Program-made: the position numbers and the translations under genes
Assembly (NCBI GenBank): GCA_951406725.2
Contig: OX597815.1
Coordinates: 50,530,001-50,594,000 of the forward strand
DNA length: 64,000 bases
Source of the DNA: Octopus vulgaris
Lineage: Eukaryota
Direction: 5' to 3'
The notes under the pieces: model-generated
Seen by the model: the letters and a program-made list of their open reading frames with translations, nothing else
Told to the model about the DNA's origin: nothing
Database searches by the model: none
Part shown: positions 44,233-56,312 of the stretch, piece after piece
Layout of the letters: every line of letters begins with the position of its first letter
Position numbering within the stretch: position 1 is the first letter of the stretch

Positions 44233-44758
44233 GTAATGATTGTAGTAAAATTGGAGATCTGTATTCAGTCAAAGAAGAAATATTTTGGTATAATTCAGTA
44301 GTTAGTTAAATGGACAAACTTAAGCAATGTCAGTCCGTTTAACTAACTACATGAATAATGAGTGTTAATGTGTCAGTTGGAATTTTTAAATGCCAACTTC
44401 AGTAGTTGTTCATCTTCATTAAATCTAGTACTTATCATATTGATCCACTAAGTCACAAGCAATAAACACAGGGTGCAATTTTTCACATGGTGTCATTGTA
44501 AAGACACACACACTTACACACATGTACACTCATGCACATACGCACATACATATACAAGCAAATATGCAATAGGCTTGCACAGTTTTCAACTATTAATTTC
44601 ACACATGATATTATTATAGAAGACATTTGCTCAGAATGTCAAGCAGTGAGATCAAACCTAAAATAACATATGGTTACAATGAGGGCTTCTTAATCACACA
44701 GCCATGCTAGCATTATATTAGATAGATAGATAGATAAACAAATATGTATACATATCTA

Positions 44759-44799
<41 letters not shown>

Positions 44800-44822
44800 G
44801 TGTGTGAGTGTGTGTGTATTTA

Positions 44823-44926
<104 letters not shown>

Positions 44927-46396
44927 TGGCTGTGGCTGTGTGATAAGAAGCCTGCAACCACATGGCTCCAGGTTCAGTCCCATTGCATGGCACCTTGGGA
45001 AAGCATCTTTTACCGTAGCCTCAGGCTGGCCAAAGCCTTGTGAGTAGATATGGTTGATAAAAATTGAAAAGAAACACTTCGTGTGGTGTGTGTGTGTTTG
45101 TTTGTTCCCTACCATCACCTGACACCTGTTGTTCTTATGTTTGTCTCTGTAACTTAGTGATTCATCAAAAGAGGCTGATAGAATAAGTATGAGGTTTAAA
45201 GACTAAGGACCATGGTTGATTCATTTAACAAAAAAATTCTTTGAAGCAGTGCCCCAGCATGGTCACAGCCTAATGACTGAAAGAAGTAAGGGAAGGAGAT
45301 AAGAGATACACACACATACACACACACATGCACATACACATTAAAAATTAAACAAAAATTATGCCAACTTACCTCAGAAACTGCTATTCTTGTCTTGGAA
45401 AGAAATTAGTTATTTTCAAATGTCACCAGATATTCAGTGTGAAGGAAAATTCGAAATTTAATATATCTAAATTTATTATCTGCACCACATGTCCCTATAT
45501 TTCATTGCTACATTAATCAGATGACTGATAAAAGACAACCCTTATAACTATTTAAATTGTTGGACAGCTAACAGAATTTAGTCTGCCTTAAGCTGGTTCA
45601 AAGGGCTTTGACCTTCAGATCACTTGTAACCCTGACTTTTGCTTACAATCAGATTATATGCATTTATATTGACTGTTGTATAAACTTGTACATTTTCTAA
45701 ATTCATAAGTTCCTGTATGAATGAAATAGGGATAAACTGTAGAGTTTTAGAGTTGCATAATAAATTTTAATCCAAGACATCAAGTCTCGAAAGTAGACCT
45801 GACATGTCCTGTTAATATCTAGTCTACTTTGTCAGCAAATCACTTGCTCACTATGTCACTCCATCTCTCTTTCATTTTCTGTCTCTCATTAACACTTTAT
45901 CTTCCAATTCTTTATCTTTATCTTCTTTTCTATTCCCTGTGTTCCTCCTTGTCTTCTGTTAATGAAGATTAAGTATTCTAACACAAGTTGACTTAGTGTT
46001 TCTAAATCAAGAATACTGCTGTGTTTACATAACACAAATTCCCTAAAAGATTCAACAGGTAAATATTTACAAATTTTTTAAATTTCAAACTCTACATGTT
46101 AACGTTAAGTACTTTTGATCAAAATAAATTCAATAACTCCACTAAGAAGGCTTTAAACAGCTTGGAGCTATAGTAAAAGATACTTGCCCAAGTTGCTTTG
46201 CAGGGGAATTGAATCCAAAACTATATGGTTAGAATGCAATCTCCTTATCCACACAGTCATGCCTTTACCTAGAAATACAGGTTTTCCTCAAAATGTGTAT
46301 ACACTTTAACAACTGATAACTCATTTAATTTTCATTTCTTTTATAATTTCGGTTTTGTATTTTGTTTGCAAGATACTTTATGTGAATTTGTGTGTT

Positions 46397-46609
46397 AAAA
46401 CAAATTTTGTTGTCTTGGGAGAGTTATTACACCAATATTAATAACACACTCAAACTGGTTCAATTCCACTCCTTTATTATTAGTCAGTTGGTTAAATATC
46501 TATCCAACGAACTGAATGCTTGTTTAACTTGTAATAAAGGAGTGGAGTTGAACTGCTGTTTGTGTTATTAATATTGGCATAATGAATCTCCCAAGACAGC
46601 AAAAGTTTT
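46397..46609. repeat. Fold-back inverted repeat (~80-bp arms) inserted in the Tc1/mariner relic
   Basis: tgtcttgggaga...ccactcctttatta / taataaaggagtgg...tctcccaagaca. Left flank resembles 50820-50880. Confidence 0.85.
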
Positions 46610-47998
46610 AGAACTTACCCATAAAAAATAATGAAGGAAGCCAGACTAAGTTTTAGACTGTACAAATTTGCATGAAAGTGCTACTGGAAGTTTGAAAGAG
46701 CAGTTGAAGTGCAAAGACAATTTAGGAGGAAGTTTCAAAGAGATTTACCTATGTGACTTTTCATCACTTGAATTATAGATAAATGTGCAGAAGATGGAAC
46801 TGTTTAGAATGTCTACAAAAAAATGTTCTGGAAGACCTCAGACATCGATGAGCCCACAAAGTCAGAAAGCCTACTGTAAATATTCTGCTAGAGTCCTAAA
46901 AAAAATCTTATTGACAAGTGAGTCAAGAGATAAGAATTTCAAAATCAAGCATCCATTAGATTTCAAAACACTAGCATTAGAAAATATATATTCCAAAAAT
47001 AGACCATACTCTCAATAAAGACGATCTGGACTGAAGAGTGGAGTTTTGTGAGTGGTACTTCCATAAGATGTAATGACAATGCTCACTTTGCAACAAATAT
47101 TGTATATAGTGATAAGGCTGCATTTAAATTAAATATCTCAATTTAACCCTTCAATTTTGCCTACTGAGGACCTGGAAATCCACATATTATGAAGGAACAT
47201 CTAATTAATTTACCAGCATTAGAAAATATATATTCTCAAAATAGACCATACTCTCAATAAAGACGATCTGGACTGAAGAGTGGAGTTTTGTGAGTGGTAC
47301 TTCCATAAGATGTAAAGACAATATGTTACAATATTTACAATATGTATGATTATCATCAAAAGGATTAAACAGACCATTCTTTACAATATGGTATGATTAT
47401 GAGTTACAATATGGTATGATTATCATCAAAAGGATTAAACAGACCATTCTTTTTTAATAGTATTACGACTGACCCCATTTAGTTGAACTTAATGTGACAT
47501 TATGTTTTCCTATACCCTGAATAAGGCATTGAAGATGTGGAGGTTTATTTCTAGCATGCTGAGTTCCCCACATTACCTTAGATATGCAAGAGCTTATCTA
47601 GATGAGATTTTGTCAAACTGGAGGATTAGACAGAGATTCAGTTAGATACTTTCCATGTTCACTGGACTTCACACCTCCACACTTTTATTTAAGTGAGGTT
47701 TACAGTAGAGAGCCTGCAACTGTTGATAAATTGAGAGTAGCCATTGAATAAGAATACAGACAAATACCAAACAAAATGTTACGTGATCTTTTCGATTTCA
47801 TTGCTTTGTCTTACCATCAGTACCTGAACCAGAATGGTCATTAGAATGAATGCAGACATTCATAAAAAATTGAAATATCACTATAGGTTCAATTAGTGTT
47901 TGAAAATGGAACGTATTTTGATAAAGACTGACTTTATAACCATTCAATATATTTATTCTTTTATACATTTTACCCCAAAGGCTGTGGCCATGCAGGGG

Positions 47999-48079
47999 TA
48001 CAGCTAGTAAGATTCAAACCTATGCAGGAGACCCTGATGGATTTCTAGTCCATCATCTTAACCACTCAGCCATGGTGAC
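47999..48079 (-). pseudogene. Retroposed tRNA-Ser(AGA) pseudogene
   Basis: Minus strand gtcaccatggctgagtggttaagatgatggactAGAaatccatcagggtctcctgcataggtttgaatctt matches the metazoan tRNA-Ser(AGA) pattern, including the long variable arm. CpGs decayed and acceptor stem broken. Confidence 0.85.
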
Positions 48080-48697
48080 TATACATTTTTATGGGAGGGG
48101 ACAGCCTTTATATAATGTACAATACAGTGTAAGTGAGGAAAAAATTAAATTTAGATATTACAAAGCTTACCTAAGGAGAAACAATAATTACTTCTACACT
48201 TGGGTGTGCAGATAAAGAAAGAGGAGTCTCATGAAGAGTCATTTCAAAATTTGTTGACCACTCTTCAGAGAAGGTGTTCCCAGGTGTCAACAACAGAATA
48301 TCCAGCCAGGCTTTCTAATATTAAAATTTATTCTAGTTCTTCCAGGTCATACTATGTTGTGCATAAAATATATATTGTTTAATTAATGACAAACCATACA
48401 AACCACAAATACATATACCAAGTTATCCACTATAGTACTAGTGTAACTCCAGTTTGCTTTATAAAACAACTAAATAAACTATAATAATGATTGTGGGAGG
48501 AAGCCAAGCAAATGTTCTCTGAGGAGCAGTCAGCAAACCATGAAATAGGCTATCAGGAAACCTCTCACTCTTTGAACCTGCACATCAAAAACAAAAGTGC
48601 AACATGAAAGTGTTTACCTTATTTCATCTACATCTAGGCTTTATTATATTTAAAGATAGATAGAAAGTCAGACAGATAGTTAGGCAGATACAAACAC

Positions 48698-48758
<61 letters not shown>

Positions 48759-50721
48759 TGTTTGTGTGTGCATGTATGTATGAAAGTATGCATGCATGAA
48801 TATGCATATATTTTTGACATGACGCCTTATTCTTAAGGTAGGAGGGTATGTGAAGATGTAGCATTCATACTGTCTTCAGGCAATTACAGAACAGACATTA
48901 ATTGAATGAATGCCAACTGAGGATGAAAACCATATTTAAGATTTAGTTCTTTGAGAATTTACCACTTCACATGTCTACCAAAGCAATGGAGAATATTTAA
49001 TGGAAGGAAATTATAGAATTCTTATGACACCTGGAATTTGGTGGGCTTTAGCTTAAATAGATGAGTCAAGTGCAACTAAATGCATTAATTATAAAAAGCA
49101 AAGCATGTCTTACAAGCAGAGTAATATGTTGCTCATCAGGAGCAAGTTTGGGAGACTCATTAGCTATTAAATGCACAGTTATATGATATCAGTGTCAGGA
49201 ATATAGTGTGGAATGTTTGTAAAATGTAATTGAAGCAAGAAGAAAATATAGAAAATTATTAAATAAGTGGCTCGGTGGGAATATAATATAAATCTAAGAA
49301 ATAATTTAAAGACAGTGGTGAGAATAGAGAAAACTCAATACTATAGAACAAAGTACAGTCAACCATCACTTGTGAGTAAGTATGACTTGGTAACATGTGC
49401 TATGCTTTCATTAATTGCTTTAAGTGCCCATGTAGTCATGAGCCACCAGCTACACTCTCTCATCCTTCTCTATCTTGTCTCAGCTTCACATTCAGAATGT
49501 GACTGTTGGATGGATAAGAGGAGGATTTTAATAGCACTCAGGTGATATTACAACTCTTCTTATAACAGTTGAGTAGAGTGGGGCAACATGAAATGAAGTG
49601 TCTTGTGCAAAAGTATAACATACCTTTGGTCCTGGAACTTTAATGCTTATTGATGACATTATTAGGCAGTGAACTGGCAGAATCATTAGTGTGCAGGACA
49701 GAAATGCTTGATGGTATTTTGTCTAACTTTACATTCTGAGTTCAAATTCTGCAGAGGTTGACTTTGCCTTTCATTCTTTAGGGCTTGATAAAACAAGTAC
49801 CAGTGGAATCCTGGGATCATTGTAATTGACTTATACCCACCCACCAAAATTTCAGGCCTTGTGCCTATAGTAGAAAGGATTATTTGAAATGGAAAATCTA
49901 GAGAAGCTATGAACATCCTTAATGGAATGATTCTTGTCTTTATATCATAATGCAGTATCAAACATGATTAAATTCATTTTAACAGGCAAAACTTCAGAAA
50001 CCGATAATAAAGGATTTTTGTCTGAAAAATCCTTTAGTTACATTTCCAAAACTTTCTCAACCATTTGAAAATTAAAATAAAACATATACAGAAATATTTA
50101 TCATCTTTTAATTTTATCTTTTAATAATTTCAGTCATTGGACTGCAGCCATGTTGGCATACTGCCTTGAAGGGTCTAATCCAACAAATCGACCCTTCTGC
50201 TTATCTTTTTTAAACTTGATACTTATTTGATCACTCTCTTTCAAGACTAAGTAAATGAACACAAACAAATCAATGACAGTTGTCAAATGGTGGCAGAAGA
50301 CAAACACAAAGACACTTTCATTCTGATTTTCCCTTTTTCGTTTCCAGACACATAGGACATTTTCCTTTCCTTTGCATTACCCATATATTCATCTCTCTTA
50401 AGAGCCACACGCCTTTATTTTGTTTATATACTGTATATTTATTAAATTTTGCTTGTATATTCACATTTGTATTGTGTTTGTTTTTTGTTTTTGCCCTCAA
50501 TGCTCACATGCTATTCCCAGCAGCTTCTTGCTGTTTACACCATCAAAAGTGTATGATAATATTATCATTAAAGGCATGAAATTGTAAGGATCTTTCTTGA
50601 CAATAACTGACGAGGAATGAGCAACATCCTGTCTTATAAGTGATTTTTTCCATTTGTTCCATTGTGTTTCTGTTAAAATTTTAGAAATTGCTCTTTCTCT
50701 CTCTCTCTCTCTCTCTCTCTT

Positions 50722-50799
<78 letters not shown>

Positions 50800-51997
50800 C
50801 TTACGTTTATATATTTGTTTTGCAAGATTTTTGATGTGAAATCGTGTGTTGAAACAAATATTGTTGTATTTAGGAATGGTCGTTTTGCCAGTTTAGCCAA
50901 TATATATACTCTTTTTTTCTTTTATTTGTTTCAGTCATTTGACTGCAGCCATGCTGGACCACCATCTTAAAGGTTTCAGTTGAAGGAATCGACCACAGGA
51001 CATATTCCTTGTAAGCCTAGTTCTTATTCTATCAGTTTCTTCTGCTGAACTGTTAAGTTATGGGGACATAAAGACACCAGCGTCAGTTGTCAAGCAATGG
51101 CAGCAGGGAGGGACAAACACAGATATGCACATAAATATATACATACCAAATCCATTCACAAGGCTGTAGTCAGCCCAAGGCTATAGCAGAAAACACTTGC
51201 CCATGGTGCCATACGGTGGAACTGAACCTGGAACTATGTGGTTGGGAAGCAAGCTTCTTACCACATCAACCTGAGGCTATAGTTGAAGACACTTGCAGAG
51301 ATACTGTGCAGTGAGACTGAACCCAAGACCACATGATTAGTAAGCAAGTTTCTTAACCACAAACACACACCTGCACCTGTACAAGTTTTATCAAAATCTA
51401 TATAATATTGCTGATTTAAATGTTATGTAAATGGCAGTATTATTACAAATATGTGCATTTTATTAAAAAAGGCTAGGAAATATTTCTATGTTAATTTACA
51501 TTTAGTAAGAAAAATATTTTTGATTTCACAAACCAGTAAAATTGAATTTTTCTACTTCATTTTGATTTAACATCATGAGGATTTCTCACATCACATACAG
51601 CATTATAAATTTACAGGCTGAAATTAGATAATTCAGAATTATCTAGAAGGGTTGAAATATTAGAAACACCCAAAAATTTAATGTAGTGTATATTCATGGG
51701 TGTCAATAAAATATGTGATTATTGTTTTGTGTCCCTAGTAAATAGCTATTTTATATTCATCCACAAGAAAGTCAAAACATCAAAAAGAAGCAAAATAAAG
51801 GCATGGCAGTGTGGTTAATGTTTTCTTCCCACCCACGTGGTCTAGGGTTCAGTCCACTGCATGGCACTTTAGATAAGTGTCTTCTACTATAGCCTTGGGT
51901 TAACCAGAGCCTTGTGCGTGAATGTGGTAGATGGAAGCTGGAAGGGGCCTGCCATGTATTGAACAGATAGGTCAACATGTAATTTTTTAATGTCTAA

Positions 51998-52097
51998 CTT
52001 TTCCCTGATTATATTTTGCTCATAATTTATAAATGCAAATTTAATGCATAAATTTGTAATTTATTCAATGAGTACAAATGGAAACAGCTGTAAGAAG
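51998..52097 (+). pseudogene. Decayed hammerhead with ~70-nt stem II domain
   Basis: CTGATTA-tattttgctcat...atgagtacaaatg-GAAA-CAGCTG-TA-agaag. G8 mutated to U. Confidence 0.6.
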
Positions 52098-52376
52098 AAA
52101 TGACTATCAAATTATTAATAAAGAAATATTAACCACTAACTCTCCACTTTTTCTCTTAATTTAATACGGATTACATACTTAATATATACCTATTGATTTA
52201 GTGAAATATTATTTCCCAAAGACATAAGGTATTGAATCAGTGTTTTCTTGGATGTAATCACCCCTTTAAGATGTTAATATATCCTCTAATTAACTTTATG
52301 TATGTATGTATGTATGTATGTATGTATGTATGTATGTATGTATGTGTGTGTGTGTGCATATATATATATAAATATA

Positions 52377-52409
<33 letters not shown>

Positions 52410-53140
52410 ATGTATGTATCCACAAAAATTAGGGAATGGATTAGATAAAATCCAGGTTACATATGTATAATAGCTCACAGAATCTTAGAAGTAGTAGATT
52501 ATCCAAACAAAGGGTAAACCAAAAGCTACTCTTCAGGCCAAGGATACCTTGATCATATACAGTTTACATGCCGTTAGGAAATCTTGTGTTAATTCACAGG
52601 GGATTTGATTGAAATGCCTGTTGCTAACCATGAACTATAAAATTAACTTTTTGTAGCTCCACGTATTTCAATAAGGGAAAAAATACACAACCTTCTGTGC
52701 CAAAAAACCACTATTGTTCCTGAAAGTCGTTTTTTTTTAATATCTTCTATGGACTGCTTGAAGCCCACTAACTTTATACAGCTTGATCCTTGGATCTTAC
52801 CTTAACAAATCTATCTATCTATCTATCTATCTGTCTATCTATCTATCTATCTATCATATATATATATATATATATATACAGCAGTTGAGTTAGAGGTTAA
52901 AATAACCGTCTGCAGGACAGAAGTATCCATTCCACTACTAGTATATTACCTATATTTAACCATAGACATACATATTCAAACATAGTATGCTCATAAGTTA
53001 TAGGTAAAGACAAGGATAAGTATGGGTTTATCACGAATCAACATTTTTAAAAAAAGCAGAAAATGTAGAAGTACTGATTAATAACAATTGACTTATATCA
53101 ATTATTATTTATTAATTCAATACAAATAGACTGTATCCCA

Positions 53141-53259
53141 TCTAACAGCTGTTTCTGCTTCCAATGTTATATGGTATTGCAATTGATATTCAGAATATGT
53201 AAAAATATTAATCATATTGCATAATAGAATCGATCTGAAACAGGGAGCTTTATCAGAGC
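53141..53259 (-). pseudogene. Decayed hammerhead with ~95-nt stem II domain
   Basis: Minus strand ct-CTGATAA-agctccc...ggaagca-GAAA-CAGCTG-TT-aga. Confidence 0.55.
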
Positions 53260-54279
53260 TCCATATAATTAAAAATACACATTAAATACAGGGCATCACC
53301 AGCAAGTGAAAAATACATAAACACATGAGAGATAAGTAGAGGACAAAATACAAAAAAAAATACACATAGAGATAAGTACAGGATAAAGTACCAAAAGAAG
53401 TCCAACTCCTCCTCAGTTGTCAACTGTTTATTACTACCTGTTTCGTGCTTTCAATTACAAGACAGGAAAACTTCATAAGACAGTAGCATCCAGAAATTTT
53501 TAAAATATAAGATTTATGGAGAGTTAGTGCTTCAAATGAACAAATGACACCAGAGTGGATGTACAGAGTAAAAAATCAATGAAGACAGACATTACGGGCT
53601 GTTAAGTCAAGACGAATTGTAATAGGTAATGCCTGGGAGAAATTCTGAAAGGGTATAAAAAAAAGGAGAAAAATAATAGAAGAGAAAAAGTAGTAGGAGA
53701 GAAAAAAAGTAGCAGAAGAAAAAAAATATCGAGAGGCAAGAGAAAAGACGTCCAGCTGGCTGGACGTCCCATCCAAAAAAAAAACAGATAGTAAAAATGG
53801 CTTGTAGTCATATGTGAGCAACAGGCAGAGGGGAAGGGTGACAAGAGAAAGGAGAAGGGAAAGAAACCAAGGGAGTGAGGAGAAGGGAGAATGAAAGAAA
53901 GATAGTGGAGAGTTAAGGAAGGATAGACAGGGGACAGCAAAGGAGGGGAAGAAGAATAAATATAGAGGAGTATAGAGGGATAGAAAGAAAGAAAGAAAAT
54001 AGGCAGAGAACAGAGTTTGGAGTCGCAGAAATCATATATAAATGTGAAAACTTACTGTTAACAAGTTCAAATTTACAGAAAACGAAGATAGGTGAAGGAA
54101 CAACAAGCTGGTGTATTAGTTTGATACTCAAGAAGAATAGAAAAGTTTTTGACATTTCAAACCTACACTTTTTAAAAGAAAGGATTGAGAGGGAAAAAGA
54201 ATGGAGAGAACGAAAAAAAAAAAACAGAGTGAGAAAAACAATATGTAGGTATTGACGGTTCAGCATGATGAAATGGCCA

Positions 54280-54328
<49 letters not shown>

Positions 54329-54585
54329 GTATATATATATATTTCTTTTATCAATATTTAGCAAATGCAACAGCGTGACTCGAGGGTTTTGACAAAGTGT
54401 TTGATAAGGGCCAGTGCACAAAACTTTCAGCCCTTTCCCAGTTTAACATGAAACTTTATTGCATAGCAAGCTTCCAAATTGTTTTCACATCCAAACTGCA
54501 TTCTGCGAAGTAGTCAGCTGTGACAAGCAGTGTTTAGTAGGGTGTGTTCAAGGTGCTGTTACAACTGTCTCTTTCAATCTGAAAT

Positions 54586-55405
54586 AACTAGAAAAGCACT
54601 CAGAGAGCGCAGACCTCTGCCAAGCTCATTTTAAGATAGATATGCAAGTAAAATTACTATAGGCTCAGGAGTGGCTGTGTGATAAGTAGCTTGCTTACCA
54701 ACCACATTGTTCCAGGTTCAGTCCCACTGTGTGGCACCTTGGGCAAGTGTCTTCTACTATAGCCTCAGGCCAATCAAAGACTTGTGAGCGGATTTGGTAG
54801 ATGGAAGCTGAAAGAAGCCCGTTGTGTATATGTATATATGTGTGTGTGTGTGTATGTACGTCTGTGTGTGTCTGTGTCTGTGTTTATCCCCCAACATTGC
54901 TTGACAACCGATGCCGGTGTGCTTACGTCCCTGTAACTTAGCGGTTTGGCAAAATAGACCGATAGAATAAGTACAAAGCTTACAAAGAATAAGTCCTGGG
55001 GTTGATTTCTTCGATTAAAGGTGGTGCTCCAGCATGGCTGCAGTCAAATGACTGAAACAAGTAAAAGAGTAAAAAAGTAAAAGAGTAATAGAGAAACGTA
55101 AATAAACTTTGGAAACAGCAATGCTACCATACGTTACACGGAAACGATGAACGTGTTTTCAAGGGAGATAATCAAAGAACATAACGTAATACTTCATGTG
55201 AAGTAAATATAACAAATGAAAAAATCTTTCAAGAATCCCGAATCACTACCAAAAGTTCATCATCTGTTCCTTGTGTCATTATCAACTTTTCCTGCAAGTT
55301 TCATAAAATGTCATTTACAACTTTTTGAGTTATTTTGCACACAAACGGACAGACGGACAAACCAATGCTGAGGAAAACATAACCTCCTTCCTTGGCGGAG
55401 ATAAC
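54586..55405 (-). mobile_element. Non-autonomous Helentron/HINE (DINE-1-like) element, interrupted by a SINE
   Basis: Sub-terminal inverted repeats acctctgccaag / cttggcggaga, short IR aacctcct, (GACG/GACA) microsatellite at ~55346, 3' hairpin gcgctctctgagtgc and terminal ttctagtt on the minus strand. Confidence 0.75.
54662..55087 (+). mobile_element. Full-length tRNA-derived SINE family B (partial copies e.g. 25532-25700, 44928-45290, 51801-51960; minus 31158-31330, 50912-51270, 61615-61920)
   Basis: A box tggctgtgtgataag, B box ggttcagtccc, central TG microsatellite, 3' agcatggctgcagtcaaatgactgaaacaagtaaaagag tail. Confidence 0.9.
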
Positions 55406-56280
55406 AAAAGTTAACAAGTTAGATTATTAGATGCATAATAATGAGCTACTAAAATTACAGTTGTGTGTGTGTGCATGTGCACATGTGTATGTGTGCACGT
55501 TTGTGTGTGTGCCTGTGTGTGTGTGTGTGTGCATGCGCATTTGTGTTTGTTCCCCAGCACTACTTGAAACTGATGTTGATCTGTTTACATCCCTCTAACT
55601 TAGCAGTTCAAAATAAGAGTCCGATAGAATAAGGATCAGACTTCAAAAAAATTACTGGGATTGTTTTTTTTTCAACTAAACTCTTTTAGGTGGTACCCTA
55701 GCATGGCTGCTGTCCAATGACTGAAATGTGTTAGAGGCTATAAAAAAAGATCATACAAAATACTTTGCCTCTCATTTTTCTGTACATTCTAAGCAATTTT
55801 CTTGAGTCAAAATTTCTCTGCCATGACGTTCTTTATTTTCATTTTGCCTTTCCCTCTGCCAGTCTCCAGAGAGAACCAGGAACATAGTTTGTGTTCTTTT
55901 ATCAGTCTCTAAGGAGATTGATAAAACAACTTATCATTCCCTGTCATTGCTCTCACCTTTGTGCAAACATGACTATCCGTCTTACACATCTGTATGTATG
56001 TAGGTATGAAGCGGCTGCGAGATATAAATATGTGTAATCTCAAGGTGGAAGGAATTAGGTCAGATCTAAGAACATTGGGCCTCACATGAGATGACAAATG
56101 GAGAAATGCCAATCATGGAAAAGCAACCTTAAAAACTAGTAGCATTATCTTGATCATCTCAATAGGAAAGGGGTTAGGTGGAATCTCATCATAATCATCA
56201 ACATTATCACTACTAGCATCGTCATCGTCATCATCATCATCATCACTATCATCCCTACCTCTGTCATTATCAGTGGATGG

Positions 56281-56312
<32 letters not shown>

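Larger units (their letters stand above)
46277..48112 (+). mobile_element. Highly decayed Tc1/mariner-superfamily (possibly maT/DD37D-like) transposon with nested insertions and internal duplications
   Basis: 5' TIR-like tacaggttttcctcaaaatgtgtataca. Remnants IVYSDKAAFKLN (WSDEA motif), YF.H.., AYLDE, and PCSLDFTPPHFYL (PxSPDLTPxDFxLW motif). 3' end tatacatttttatgggagggga..ta. Confidence 0.7.

Noticed and set aside
48170-48325. Minus-strand splice-bounded open stretch (KAWLDILL...) with internal hairpin and CTGAAGA...GAAA
   Set aside because: Ends in a stop at the donor and has no recognisable domain; hammerhead stems I and II do not pair.
49100-49142. Minus-strand CTGATGA-GCA...TGC
   Set aside because: No GAAA follows; insufficient evidence.
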